A stretch of DNA of 32,000 bases from Idiomarina loihiensis L2TR (GTDB lineage Bacteria > Pseudomonadota > Gammaproteobacteria > Enterobacterales > Alteromonadaceae): the NCBI RefSeq assembly GCF_000008465.1, contig NC_006512.1:1410001-1442000 (forward strand). Reading direction: 5' to 3'. Within the stretch, counting starts at the first letter, position 1, and the number at the start of each line of letters is the position of its first letter. The notes under the pieces are model-generated. The model was given only the letters and a program-made list of their open reading frames with translations. It was not told where the DNA came from and searched no databases. Below are positions 1 through 9,691 of the stretch, piece by piece. The position numbers were made by a program, and so were the translations under genes.

Positions 1-172
1 GCCATACGAGAAGCTAAAGACTCTAACTCGTGGTAAGCGCATTACCAGCGATGATCTGGCGAAATTTATTGACTCTTTAGACGTGCCCGATGCTGCTAAA
101 GACGAAATGAAAGCACTGACTCCGGCAAATTATATTGGCCGCGCCACTCAGTTTGTTGATGATCTCCTATGA
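1..172 (+). CDS. purB: adenylosuccinate lyase, C-terminal fragment (CDS starts upstream of the window)
   Basis: Frame 2 reads PYEKLKTLTRGKRITSDDLAKFIDSLDVPDAAKDEMKALTPANYIGRATQFVDDLL*. This matches the PurB C-terminus as I recall it from E. coli (..YEKLKELTRGKR..MTPANYIGRA..). The TGA stop at 170-172 overlaps the next ATG. Confidence 0.85.
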   Translation, partial: PYEKLKTLTRGKRITSDDLAKFIDSLDVPDAAKDEMKALTPANYIGRATQFVDDLL

Positions 173-1311
173 AATTAGTGTTTGATAAAGACGATTTTTT
201 AACGAACTACTGGCAGAAAAAGCCTTGTCTTATTCGACAGGGCTTTGCCGATTTTAGCGACCCTGTCAGCCCTGAAATTCTGGCTGGGCTGGCGATGGAA
301 GAAGGCGCTGATTCGCGAGTTATTGAGTCAAAAGCAGACACTGAATCGGGTTGGTTAGTGACTCATGGCCCATTTGAGGACTACGAGAAGTTCGGAGAAA
401 CTGACTGGACTTTGCTGGTGCAGTCAGTAAACGAATGGCTACCAGACGTAGGTGAATTGATAACCCCTTTCCGCTTTTTGCCCGACTGGCGCATTGATGA
501 CGTCATGGTCAGTTTTTCCTGCGAAAACGGCGGTGTTGGCCCTCACCTGGATCAGTACGATGTTTTTATTATTCAGGGCGCAGGCTCCCGACATTGGCGG
601 GTGGGTGAAAAACAAGCAATGCAGGAGTATCAGCCCGCGGAAGACCTCTGCCAGATAAAGGGCGAATTTAACGCTGTTATTAATGAGCACCTGACTGCTG
701 GTGACGTTTTGTATATTCCAGCTGGCTGTCCTCATGACGGTATCTCGCTGGAACCGTCTTTAAACTACTCTGTTGGTTTTCGTGCTCCATCGAAAGCCGA
801 GCTACTGCTGCAGTTAGGTGATATTGCGATGCAACAGAAGTCATTGCAGGAGCGCTATCAAGACCCGGCTCTAAGCAGCGAAGACGTTTCATGGGTTATT
901 GAAAAAACGCAGCTAAGTGCATTAAAGCAGTTTTTAAAAGACGCTTTAGAAAGCGATGAAACCGACGCATTACTAGCAAAAATCATCTCCCAGTCTAAAC
1001 GCCCTCTTCCCGAGCCAGAGCTGCCAACCATCGCTGAGCAAATTCCGACTCTGCTCGCGCAGCAAAATGCATTTATAGAAAAGACCTCGGGCGCACGTTT
1101 CTTAAAACTCAGCGACACGCAGTTTTACGGTAATGGCGAAGCCTTTCACGTTATACAAGAGGCTTTACCTACCGCGGAATGGCTGGCGCAACTGCAAGGT
1201 TCTGAGGCTACTGAAGAATTAGCTAAATTGGCAAAATCTGTTGCCGGGTGCGAGCTAATTGCCGAAACAATTAATCAGGGAATCATCTACTTATACATTG
1301 ACGAATCCTGA
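169..1311 (+). CDS. roxA: JmjC/cupin ribosomal protein uL16 Arg-hydroxylase (YcfD/RoxA family)
   Basis: The 380-aa ORF is collinear with E. coli YcfD as recalled (WQKKP.., SPEILAGLAMEE, PDWRIDDVMVSFS, GVGPHLDQYDVFIIQG with the HxD motif, YIPAGCPHDG, NYSVGFRAP). It also sits next to purB, as in enterics. Confidence 0.85.
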   Translation: MKLVFDKDDFLTNYWQKKPCLIRQGFADFSDPVSPEILAGLAMEEGADSRVIESKADTESGWLVTHGPFEDYEKFGETDWTLLVQSVNEWLPDVGELITPFRFLPDWRIDDVMVSFSCENGGVGPHLDQYDVFIIQGAGSRHWRVGEKQAMQEYQPAEDLCQIKGEFNAVINEHLTAGDVLYIPAGCPHDGISLEPSLNYSVGFRAPSKAELLLQLGDIAMQQKSLQERYQDPALSSEDVSWVIEKTQLSALKQFLKDALESDETDALLAKIISQSKRPLPEPELPTIAEQIPTLLAQQNAFIEKTSGARFLKLSDTQFYGNGEAFHVIQEALPTAEWLAQLQGSEATEELAKLAKSVAGCELIAETINQGIIYLYIDES

Positions 1312-1443
1312 GTGATTCTGTGTAAACAAGAGTTGATAAACGCCCGTTTAAATACCTAAATTTATTCACATCTTAAAGTAGCGCGAGCCTTATCTAAATG
1401 GTAATGTTCGCGCAATTTTTGAAGCAATGAGGAAGTGAAACTC

Positions 1444-2481
1444 ATGTCTCTATACGAGCATCCCGAATTTGATCACCACGAGCAAGTGGTGTTTTGTCAT
1501 GATCAGGAATCAGGCTTAAAAGCCATTATTGCCATCCACGATACAACCCTAGGTCCAAGCCTTGGTGGTACTCGTTTATGGAATTACGCTTCTTCTGCCG
1601 AAGCGGTCACCGATGTACTGCGTTTGTCTCGTGGTATGACTTATAAAAGTGCAATGGCAGGTCTGCCTTTAGGTGGCGGTAAAGCGGTTATCATCGGCGA
1701 CGCGAAAAAAATCAAAAGCGAAGAACTCTTCCGCGCTTATGGTCGCTTCATCGAGTCTTTAAGTGGTCGTTACATTACCGCTGAAGACGTCAACATTCGT
1801 ACTGAAGACATCGGTATGGTCGCAAAAGAGACCAGCTACGTTGCAGGCACGGCCGATAAAGCCGGCGACCCTTCACCTCATACAGCACTGGGTACTTACC
1901 TTGGTCTTAAAGCGGCAGCAAAACACAAATTAGGTAGCGAAGATCTTAAAGGTGTTAAAATTGCCATTCAGGGTCTGGGTGCTGTTGGCTACGATTTCGC
2001 CAAGTACTGCGCAGAAGACGGTGCTGAACTTATTGTTACCGATATTAACGAAGAAGCCATCGAGCGTGCCGTTAAAGAACTGGGCGCGAAAGCTGTTGGT
2101 CTGGATGAAATTTATGGCGTAGACGCTGACGTGTACGCACCATGCGCTTTAGGTGCCACCATCAATGATGAGACTTTGAAGCAACTTAAAGTCAAAATTA
2201 TCGCCGGCAGCGCGAATAACCAGTTAGCTAACCCTAAACATGATAAAGCCGTTAAAGATATGGGTATTTTATACGCTCCGGACTACGTGATTAATGCCGG
2301 TGGCGTTATTCATATCTGTTCAGAAGCCGCCAACTTTACTGTGGAAGAAACAGAAAAACGTGTGCGCGGTATATACGATACCTTAGATCAGCTTTTTGCC
2401 CGGGCACAGGACGAAGACCGCCCTACCGGAACAGTCGCTGATGAAATGGCTCGCGAAATTATCGCCAAAGGTAAGCAGTAA
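1444..2481 (+). CDS. ldh: leucine dehydrogenase (Glu/Leu/Phe/Val dehydrogenase family)
   Basis: Motifs GLKAIIAIHDTTLGPSLGGTRLW, LGGGKAVIIGD (catalytic Lys) and IQGLGAVGY (NAD fold) match Bacillus-type LeuDH. I prefer the ATG at 1444 (MSLYEHPEF..) with GAGGAAG 8 nt upstream over the GTG at 1435 in the ORF track. Confidence 0.85.
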   Translation: MSLYEHPEFDHHEQVVFCHDQESGLKAIIAIHDTTLGPSLGGTRLWNYASSAEAVTDVLRLSRGMTYKSAMAGLPLGGGKAVIIGDAKKIKSEELFRAYGRFIESLSGRYITAEDVNIRTEDIGMVAKETSYVAGTADKAGDPSPHTALGTYLGLKAAAKHKLGSEDLKGVKIAIQGLGAVGYDFAKYCAEDGAELIVTDINEEAIERAVKELGAKAVGLDEIYGVDADVYAPCALGATINDETLKQLKVKIIAGSANNQLANPKHDKAVKDMGILYAPDYVINAGGVIHICSEAANFTVEETEKRVRGIYDTLDQLFARAQDEDRPTGTVADEMAREIIAKGKQ

Positions 2482-2491
2482 ACGTCACTGC

Positions 2492-2521
2492 AAATAAAAA
2501 GCCTGAGTTAACTCAGGCTTT
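2492..2521 (-). terminator. intrinsic terminator for the ydiJ-like gene; its stop codon lies in the hairpin loop
   Basis: Perfect palindrome AAAGCCTGAG-TTAA-CTCAGGCTTT (2498-2521). On the minus strand it is followed by TTTTTATTT. Confidence 0.55.
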
Positions 2522-5500
2522 GTAAGATTATCTCAAGCGGGTGTCTCACCCGCTTTTTTTCTATCCGTTTTATTTGTGAGCGACACGAGAATCCAGTAAC
2601 CAGTACTCCACTGCTTCCATACTCCTGAACCGCTTGTTGCCAGCCCATTTGATAAAGTCCCCGGCTGTCTTCCTGGTTCTGTTTCTCATGACCAAATGTA
2701 CCGGCCATGCCGCAACAGCCCACATTAACAATATTCAGCTTCAGCCCCAGATTTTGAAATAAGGCTTGCCACTGTTTAGCTGACTCAGGTACGAAACTCT
2801 GTTCGGTACAGTGCAGCATTAGACCGTAGCGGCTGGTACTGAATGAACTGATATCATCAAAGTTCAAGGTATTAAGCCATTCTACAATCGTCATTACGTT
2901 AACTTCTGGTAGTTGACCATCGCTCGCCTTGCGATACTCGTCCCGGAATATCAATGCTGTAGAGCTGTCGGGCCCAATTAATGGAATACCAGCATCAGAA
3001 ATAGGTTTTAACTGCTCGGTCACCTTTTCGGCTGTTTTCTCAAAGTCGCTGATAAAGCCTTTTACGTGCTGCGCTTTACCATGTCCTAAGAACGGCAGTA
3101 AAATCGGTGTGTAACCTAACTTTTTGATAAGCAGACCCAGTTTTAGAACCAAATCGGCCTCGTAGAAGGTTGTGAACGGGTCCTGCGCAATAACCACCGA
3201 GTTTGACTTCTCATCCTCGGTCAAACTCATTATCTGCTCTGTGGTTAACTCAATAAACCCGTTTCGACGCCAGGCGGTTCTTAAGTTGGGCGTTGAGAAT
3301 AACGGCGTATCGACATAGCCAATACCATATTTGAGCACAAACCGGCTTAACGGATTATTAATCAGTAAATTGCTCAACCGGGGAAACTTACTCGCTATCG
3401 GCGCGGTCTTTTCAATACCTTTGACCAGATAGTCCTTTAACGGACGAGCGTATTTACTGTAGTAATGATCATAAAAACGAGCACGGAACGTCGGCACATC
3501 GACACTGACTGGGCATTGGTTGGTACACGCCTTACAAGCCAGGCATTTGTCCATGGACTCTTTCACTTCGTGGCTGAAGTCATTTTTTCCGGTAAACCGG
3601 TTAAGCTGGCGTTTGGCAAAGCCCAATGATTCTGGCTTTTCAGCCGCGTTATAGCCGGCGTTGTGAGTTAACCGCAACCATTCACGCAAAAGCCCTGCCC
3701 GCCCTTTAGGAGAATAACGACGGTCCCGCGTTATCTTATAAGAGGGGCACATAGCGGACTTAGGATCGTAATTAAAGCACAAGCCATTACCGTTACAGTC
3801 CATCGCATTTTTATAGCTGTCGCGTGTAGCCACCGGTATTTGACGATCAAAGAAGCCGCGCTTAACGGCATCGACAGAAATAAGCTCGGCATTGGTGTTA
3901 AACGGCGTACAGATTTTCCCCGGGTTTAGCTGGTTAAAGGGGTCAAAGCTGGCCTTAATTTTTTGCAATTCGGTATAGAGATGCTCACCAAAAAATGCCG
4001 GTACGTACTCTGAGCGATACCCTTTACCGTGTTCGCCCCACATGAGTCCACCGTACTTTTGTGTCAGCTCGGCAACTTTATCACTGATTTGTCTGAGCAT
4101 GACTTCATCTTCAGGCTCACACAAATCCAGTGCCGGGCGCACATGCAAAACTCCGGCATCTGCGTGCCCAAACATGCCGTAATGCAGGCCGTTAGCGTCT
4201 AAAAGAGCACGAAACTCGTTAATAAAATCAGCCAGTTTCTCCGGCGGTACAGCGGTGTCTTCAGCAAAAGCTACGGGTTTACGGCGTCCTTTAGTTGCGC
4301 CCAGCAAGCCTACCGATTTTTTCCGCATCGCATAAATAAGCTGGATACTGGGTAAATCATCACAGACTTGATAGCCAATCACACCTTTGCTGTCTTTGCT
4401 TTTAATCAGCTTGTCCAGGCGTTGGGTTAAAGAGTTAACTTTGCTGTCTATTTCTTCCTGATTTAACCCCGTGAACTCAACCATGTTGATGCCATCCATT
4501 CGCTGACCTTCAACATCAGACAATAGTGGTTCAACTGACTTCCAGATTATATCCTGACGTGCAAGATTCAGTACGGTACTGTCAACTGTCTCTACTGAGG
4601 TTGCTTTGGCATCAACTAAAAAAGGCGAGTTCTCTAAAGCAGCCTGGAAATTTGAATACTTTACGTTCACTAACACCCGGTGTTTGGGAATAGGAGTAAT
4701 ATTCAGCCGGGCTTCACTGACAAACCCTAAGGTTCCTTCTGAGCCCGCAATTATTCGCGAAACATCTATCTTTTGCTGCTCGGCGTTATAGGCATGTTTC
4801 AAGTCATAACCGGTTAAAAACCGATTCAGCGGCGGAAATTTATCACGAATACTCTCAGCTTCACCGACACAGGTATCAATAATCTGTCTGTAAATTCGGG
4901 CAATGCGATTATCCTGCTGTGCAACAGTTTCGGCCTGTTCAAGCGAAACCGGTCCGCTATCAAGTACAGAACCGTCAAGCAGCACAGTCTTTAAACCAAG
5001 AATATGATCGCTGGTTTTACCATAAACTAAGGAGCCCTGACCGGATGCGTCGGTATTGATCATCCCGCCAAGAGTCGCACGGTTGCTGGTCGATAAGTCA
5101 GGTGAAAAGAAATAGCCATGAGGGCGCAAAATATCGTTGAGCTGATCTTTTACCACCCCGGCCTGCACTCGCACCCAGCCCTCTTTAGGGTTAACTTCCA
5201 GCACTTTATTCATGTGGCGACTTAAGTCCACCACAATACCAGAAGTTAAAGACTGGCCATTGGTACCGGTGCCACCTCCACGGGGAGAGAACTGCACACT
5301 GCTATTGTTTTCCTGACCTGCCAGCTTCATCAGCAATACAAGGTCGGTTTGATTAAGAGGATACAAAACGGCCTGAGGCAGGTTTTGGTAAACGCTGTTA
5401 TCCGTGGCCGCGATTAAACGGCCCGAATAACTCACGTCAATTTCACCTGCAAACTCTGAGCTTCTTACCTGCTCAATAAAGTGCCGGTAGTCATCTGGTA

Positions 5501-5537
5501 ACGCATTCTCAGCAGCAATCTCAGGTAATACAGTCAT
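2508..5537 (-). CDS. ydiJ: FAD-binding / Fe-S / CCG-domain oxidoreductase, YdiJ family (putative D-2-hydroxyacid, e.g. D-2-hydroxyglutarate, dehydrogenase)
   Basis: 1009 aa (E. coli YdiJ is about 1018 aa). It has an N-terminal FAD-linked oxidase region (PRGGGTGTNGQS), Cys clusters (CNGNGLCFNYDPKSAMCP, CLACKACTNQCP) and a C-terminal CCG motif (VGCCGMAGTFGHE). Confidence 0.8.
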   Translation of the reverse strand: MTVLPEIAAENALPDDYRHFIEQVRSSEFAGEIDVSYSGRLIAATDNSVYQNLPQAVLYPLNQTDLVLLMKLAGQENNSSVQFSPRGGGTGTNGQSLTSGIVVDLSRHMNKVLEVNPKEGWVRVQAGVVKDQLNDILRPHGYFFSPDLSTSNRATLGGMINTDASGQGSLVYGKTSDHILGLKTVLLDGSVLDSGPVSLEQAETVAQQDNRIARIYRQIIDTCVGEAESIRDKFPPLNRFLTGYDLKHAYNAEQQKIDVSRIIAGSEGTLGFVSEARLNITPIPKHRVLVNVKYSNFQAALENSPFLVDAKATSVETVDSTVLNLARQDIIWKSVEPLLSDVEGQRMDGINMVEFTGLNQEEIDSKVNSLTQRLDKLIKSKDSKGVIGYQVCDDLPSIQLIYAMRKKSVGLLGATKGRRKPVAFAEDTAVPPEKLADFINEFRALLDANGLHYGMFGHADAGVLHVRPALDLCEPEDEVMLRQISDKVAELTQKYGGLMWGEHGKGYRSEYVPAFFGEHLYTELQKIKASFDPFNQLNPGKICTPFNTNAELISVDAVKRGFFDRQIPVATRDSYKNAMDCNGNGLCFNYDPKSAMCPSYKITRDRRYSPKGRAGLLREWLRLTHNAGYNAAEKPESLGFAKRQLNRFTGKNDFSHEVKESMDKCLACKACTNQCPVSVDVPTFRARFYDHYYSKYARPLKDYLVKGIEKTAPIASKFPRLSNLLINNPLSRFVLKYGIGYVDTPLFSTPNLRTAWRRNGFIELTTEQIMSLTEDEKSNSVVIAQDPFTTFYEADLVLKLGLLIKKLGYTPILLPFLGHGKAQHVKGFISDFEKTAEKVTEQLKPISDAGIPLIGPDSSTALIFRDEYRKASDGQLPEVNVMTIVEWLNTLNFDDISSFSTSRYGLMLHCTEQSFVPESAKQWQALFQNLGLKLNIVNVGCCGMAGTFGHEKQNQEDSRGLYQMGWQQAVQEYGSSGVLVTGFSCRSQIKRIEKKRVRHPLEIILQSLS
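2535..2560 (+). terminator. intrinsic terminator for ldh, embedded in the 3' coding end of the convergent ydiJ-like gene
   Basis: AAGCGGGTG-TCT-CACCCGCTT, a 9-bp GC-rich stem, is followed by a run of 7 T. It lies about 55 nt downstream of the ldh stop. Confidence 0.7.
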
Positions 5538-5539
5538 AC

Positions 5540-7906
5540 TTATAGGTTTTCCGCCAGGTACATCCAGGTTTCAATAACGGTGTCCGGGTTCAGCGATACC
5601 GAATCAATGCCCTGATCAACCAACCAGGCTGCAAAATCAGGATGATCCGACGGGCCCTGACCACAAATACCAACGTACTTACCGCGTTTCTTCGCCGTTT
5701 GAATGGCCATTGCCAGCAATTTCTTCACAGCTTCGTCACGCTCATCAAATAAGTGCGCGATAACACCGGAATCACGATCCAAACCTAAAGTTAACTGGGT
5801 TAAATCATTAGAGCCAATAGAAAAACCGTCGAAGATATCGAGGAATTCATCGGCCAGCAGAGCATTAGAAGGAAGTTCACACATCATAATAACGCGCAGG
5901 CCATTTTCGCCCTGAACCAGCCCCTGCTCGGCCAGAAGTTCAATTACTTTACGCCCTTCTTCAAGAGTTCTGACAAACGGGATCATGATTTCGATATTGG
6001 TCAGACCCATATCGTTACGAACGCGTTTAATTGCTTCACACTCTAATGCAAAGCAGTCCCGGAACTCTTCTGAGATATAACGCGACGCGCCCCGGAAGCC
6101 CAGCATTGGGTTCTCTTCACCCGGCTCATACTGTTTTCCGCCAATAAGATTCGCGTATTCGTTCGACTTAAAGTCAGACATGCGCACAATGACGCGTTCT
6201 GGAGAGAATGCGGCTCCCAAGGTAGAAATTCCTTCGACTAAACGCGCTACGTAATATTCGCGAGGGCTGCTGTAGCCGGCCATCATGCTATCAATCGTCT
6301 GCTTCAATTCGTCGCTTTGCTGGTCATAATTAAGCAAGGCTTTAGGGTGAACCCCTATCATCCGGTTGATAATAAACTCCAGACGAGCCAGACCAATACC
6401 GGCATGAGGTAAGCTGGCGAAATCGAAGGCTCGGTCCGGGTTACCCACGTTCATCATAATTTTTAACGGTAGATCCGGCATGGCATCAATTTGTGATTCG
6501 GTGATATCAAAGTCCAGTTCACCCTGGTAGATATAACCGGTGTCGCCTTCGGCACAAGAAACCGTAACGGCCTGACCATTACTGATATGGTCAGTTGCGT
6601 CACCGCAACCAACAACCGCCGGAATGCCCAGTTCGCGTGCAATAATCGCTGCGTGGCAAGTACGACCACCGCGGTTAGTAACAATGGCCGCCGCACGTTT
6701 CATAATTGGTTCCCAGTCAGGGTCGGTCATGTCGGTAACTAATACATCGCCCGGCTGCACTTTATCCATTTCGCTAATGTCATTCAGAACACGAGCAACA
6801 CCACGACCAATACGCTGGCCAATAGCGCGCCCTGTGCAGACAACGTCGCTTTTAGTTTTTAACGCAAAACGCTCAATGGCTTGCCCTTTTTGGTTTGACT
6901 GAACCGTTTCAGGACGTGCCTGAACAATATACAGCTTGCCGTCGACGCCATCTTTTGCCCACTCAATGTCCATTGGACGACCATAATGCTCTTCAATGAT
7001 AAGAGCTTGCTTAGCCAGTGTTTCGACTTCTTCGTCTGTTACCGAGAAGGTCTGGCTCTTCGATTTTTCTATGTCTTCTATTAATGTCTGTTTTCCATGT
7101 TCTCTGTCGTCAGAGAAAATCATTTGAATTTTCTTGCTGCCCAGAGTTCTGCGCAATACTGAAGGGCGCCCTGCTTTTAAGGTTGGTTTATGTACGTAGA
7201 ATTCATCTGGGTTAACCGCCCCCTGCACGACCATCTCACCAAGACCGTAAGATGAGGTAATGAAAACCACATCATCAAAACCTGACTCTGTGTCAATGCT
7301 GAACATAACCCCGGAAGAGGCAATGTCACTGCGTACCATACGTTGTATACCAGCCGACAACGCAACACCGCGGTGGTCGTAGCCCTGGTGAACGCGATAG
7401 GAAATAGCGCGGTCGTTAAATAATGAAGCAAACACGTGTTTAATGGCTTCCATTACACTACTTAAGCCACGTACATTCAGGAAGGTTTCCTGCTGGCCGG
7501 CAAATGAAGCATCCGGCATATCTTCTGCCGTCGCTGAACTGCGTACCGCAAAGCTAAATTCGTCGTTGTTTTCACTTAACTCAGCAAAAGCGTCTTTAAT
7601 AGCTGCTTCAAATTCTGGTTGAAAAGGCGTATCAATAATCCATTGGCGGATTTTTTTGCCAGCCTGAGCCAAGGCCTGTACGTCGTCAACATCAAGCGTG
7701 TCGAGCAAATCGTGAATACGATCGTTTAAACCACTTTGCTCCAGAAACTGGTTATAGGCATCAGCCGTTGTTGCAAAACCACCGGGCACTTCAACTCCTG
7801 CTCCGGCTAAGTTACTGATCATCTCACCCAGCGAGGCATTTTTGCCACCCACTCGGTTTACGTCCTGCATTCCCAGATGTTGGTACCAAACTACGTATTC
7901 TTGCAC
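5540..7906 (-). CDS. ppsA: phosphoenolpyruvate synthase (pyruvate, water dikinase)
   Basis: 788 aa. The N-terminus [23 protein letters not shown] and the phospho-His motif [21 protein letters not shown] are present. GTG start with AAGGA 7 nt upstream. Confidence 0.95.
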   Translation of the reverse strand: MQEYVVWYQHLGMQDVNRVGGKNASLGEMISNLAGAGVEVPGGFATTADAYNQFLEQSGLNDRIHDLLDTLDVDDVQALAQAGKKIRQWIIDTPFQPEFEAAIKDAFAELSENNDEFSFAVRSSATAEDMPDASFAGQQETFLNVRGLSSVMEAIKHVFASLFNDRAISYRVHQGYDHRGVALSAGIQRMVRSDIASSGVMFSIDTESGFDDVVFITSSYGLGEMVVQGAVNPDEFYVHKPTLKAGRPSVLRRTLGSKKIQMIFSDDREHGKQTLIEDIEKSKSQTFSVTDEEVETLAKQALIIEEHYGRPMDIEWAKDGVDGKLYIVQARPETVQSNQKGQAIERFALKTKSDVVCTGRAIGQRIGRGVARVLNDISEMDKVQPGDVLVTDMTDPDWEPIMKRAAAIVTNRGGRTCHAAIIARELGIPAVVGCGDATDHISNGQAVTVSCAEGDTGYIYQGELDFDITESQIDAMPDLPLKIMMNVGNPDRAFDFASLPHAGIGLARLEFIINRMIGVHPKALLNYDQQSDELKQTIDSMMAGYSSPREYYVARLVEGISTLGAAFSPERVIVRMSDFKSNEYANLIGGKQYEPGEENPMLGFRGASRYISEEFRDCFALECEAIKRVRNDMGLTNIEIMIPFVRTLEEGRKVIELLAEQGLVQGENGLRVIMMCELPSNALLADEFLDIFDGFSIGSNDLTQLTLGLDRDSGVIAHLFDERDEAVKKLLAMAIQTAKKRGKYVGICGQGPSDHPDFAAWLVDQGIDSVSLNPDTVIETWMYLAENL

Positions 7907-8007
7907 GTCACAATCCTTAATTGATTTTTCGGCATGGAAGTGGCATCTATTTTACACGCTGTGGCCCAACAAGTTAATATCGAACCTACAATCGGTTAAA
8001 AAGAGAT

Positions 8008-8823
8008 TTGCCAGTGCGCTATGCATTTTACATTTCAGATGGTACAGCATTGACCGCCGAGGCCTTTGGCCACGCGCTTTTGTCCATGTTCCCGGTCAAT
8101 TTTGAGCACAAAACATTACCTTTTATCGATAATCAGGAAAAAGCAAATGAGGTGTGTAAAACAATAAAAAAAGCCGTTTCCGACAGTGGTGAGCCACCTT
8201 TAATCTTCCATACTTTCGTTAACGAGAAGCTAAAAGCAAAAATTACCGACTGTGGAGGCATTTGTTACGACTTTTTAGACCACTTTATTGCTCCGGTGGA
8301 AAAAGAGCTGGGTGTTAAGGCGGAACCGAAAACACACCGTACTCATGGTGTACATAAAAACTACAACTTCAGAATAGATGCCATCAATTACGCGCTGGAT
8401 AACGACGATGGCAAACGCTTAAATCAACTGGATAAAGCTGACCTGATTTTAATTGGAGTGTCGCGTACAGGGAAAACGCCGACCAGCTTATACCTGGCCA
8501 TGCAATACGGAATTAAAGTTGCCAACTACCCTCTGACCGACGATGACGACTTTGAACGACTGCAATTGCCTAAAGAACTTAAGCAATATCGTCATAAGCT
8601 ATTTGGATTGACCTTGTCGTCACAGCGTTTACATGAAATTAGAAGTCAAAGACGGGAAGGCAGCCAATACGCTTCTATGGCGCAGTGTCGGTTTGAGCTA
8701 GCTGAAGTTGAAAGGCTCTATAGCCGGGAGGCAGTACCTTTTATCAACTCAACTCATTATTCAGTAGAAGAGATAGCCGCAAAAATTCTGGCTAAAACAA
8801 ACTTAGAGCGGCACCGTTACTAA
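8008..8823 (+). CDS. ppsR: PEP synthase regulatory protein (bifunctional kinase/pyrophosphorylase, DUF299)
   Basis: Motifs [27 protein letters not shown] (P-loop) and [15 protein letters not shown]; divergent from ppsA as in E. coli. The start is uncertain: TTG at 8008 per the ORF track, or GTG at 8014, which has better spacing to AGAGA. Confidence 0.9.
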
Positions 8824-8832
8824 TGCCGCTCT
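8805..8832. terminator. 9-bp hairpin spanning the ppsR stop codon; probable bidirectional terminator (ppsR on +, DAHPS-DUF1338 unit on -)
   Basis: AGAGCGGCA-(10 nt loop containing TAA)-TGCCGCTCT. The minus-strand downstream sequence is AAGTTTGTTTT. It lies 21 nt past the DUF1338 stop. Confidence 0.45.
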
Positions 8833-8853
8833 AATATTCTGAGAAGCTACACT

Positions 8854-9651
8854 TTACTTCGCGTTGGTGCTTTCAAAAATTTTGTCCGCCGACGCTGCAA
8901 CAAAGCCGGTATACAGTTTGCCGTCTTCAATTTCGTAGCGCTTAGCAAACTCATAGAAGCAACTGGGGATCTCAACAGTCTTATCAGAAAACTCAACTGG
9001 ATGACGGTCAGCCATAGTTGATGATTGTTCCAGATAAACTTCCGGAGACCCTTTGATTTCGCCGCCAGACGTATTCAGTTTGAAACCATTGTCTTTTAAC
9101 TTCTGGTTTACCTGCTCAAGCGTTTTATAGCCCGGTAACTGGTTAACGCTGACCGTAAAGTGGTTAGCGCAATAGCCAAATGCAGCCATCCACGCAGCGT
9201 ACTCACTTTCTTCGAGCAATGACTGGTAATCGGCATAACTGACTTTCCAGTGCGTACCCGAATAAAGAAAGTCCGGCTTTTTAGTGTCTTCAGCCGAAAC
9301 CTGAGCCACCATATCTTTGACTTTGCTCTGCAGTTCATCAGAAAATTCAGCCGTCATTAATTCGCTGATAAATACTTTTGGCAATTCAGGGTCTTCATGC
9401 TCAAAATGTTTTGCACGCAGTTTTTTCGCTTCAAAGTGGTAGTCACCACCCTCTTTGTAACCTAAGTCCAGAAAATGTTGTGCCAGTACTTCCAGACCAA
9501 CAGGACTGATATCAAAAGTCCGAAAAGCAACATGATCATTAACGATCGGATGCCCTTCGCCTAAAATTTGATGCACCTTTTTTGCTGAAGGTGTACGCGA
9601 TAAATAATCTTGCCACAAGTTTTCAAATAACACTTCTACCTGTTGCGACAT
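8854..9651 (-). CDS. short-form DUF1338 protein (HglS/YdcJ-like 2-oxoacid dioxygenase/decarboxylase fold), function unknown
   Basis: 265 aa with DUF1338-type metal-ligand motifs as I recall them (VNDHVAFRTF, CANHFTVSV, FYEFAKRY, ADKIFESTN). It is much shorter than the roughly 450-aa HglS/YdcJ. AAGAGG SD. Confidence 0.6.
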   Translation of the reverse strand: MSQQVEVLFENLWQDYLSRTPSAKKVHQILGEGHPIVNDHVAFRTFDISPVGLEVLAQHFLDLGYKEGGDYHFEAKKLRAKHFEHEDPELPKVFISELMTAEFSDELQSKVKDMVAQVSAEDTKKPDFLYSGTHWKVSYADYQSLLEESEYAAWMAAFGYCANHFTVSVNQLPGYKTLEQVNQKLKDNGFKLNTSGGEIKGSPEVYLEQSSTMADRHPVEFSDKTVEIPSCFYEFAKRYEIEDGKLYTGFVAASADKIFESTNAK

Positions 9652-9691
9652 ATAAAAAATTACCTCTTAAATATTCGGTTAAAGGGGATGA

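Noticed and set aside
1381-1420. A hairpin GCGCGA-(21 nt)-TCGCGC followed by AATTTTT lies between roxA and ldh and could be a terminator.
   Set aside because: The stem is only 6 bp, the loop is large, and the T-tract is interrupted. That is too weak to call, and it could equally be part of the ldh promoter region.
1435-1443. The ORF track gives N-terminally extended starts (GTG/TTG) for ldh (1435), tatD (26615), tmk (28479), acpP (30577) and prpD (25475).
   Set aside because: In each case an in-frame ATG a few codons downstream has a properly spaced SD and aligns better with the N-termini of homologues as I recall them. The extensions are probably artefacts of longest-ORF calling.
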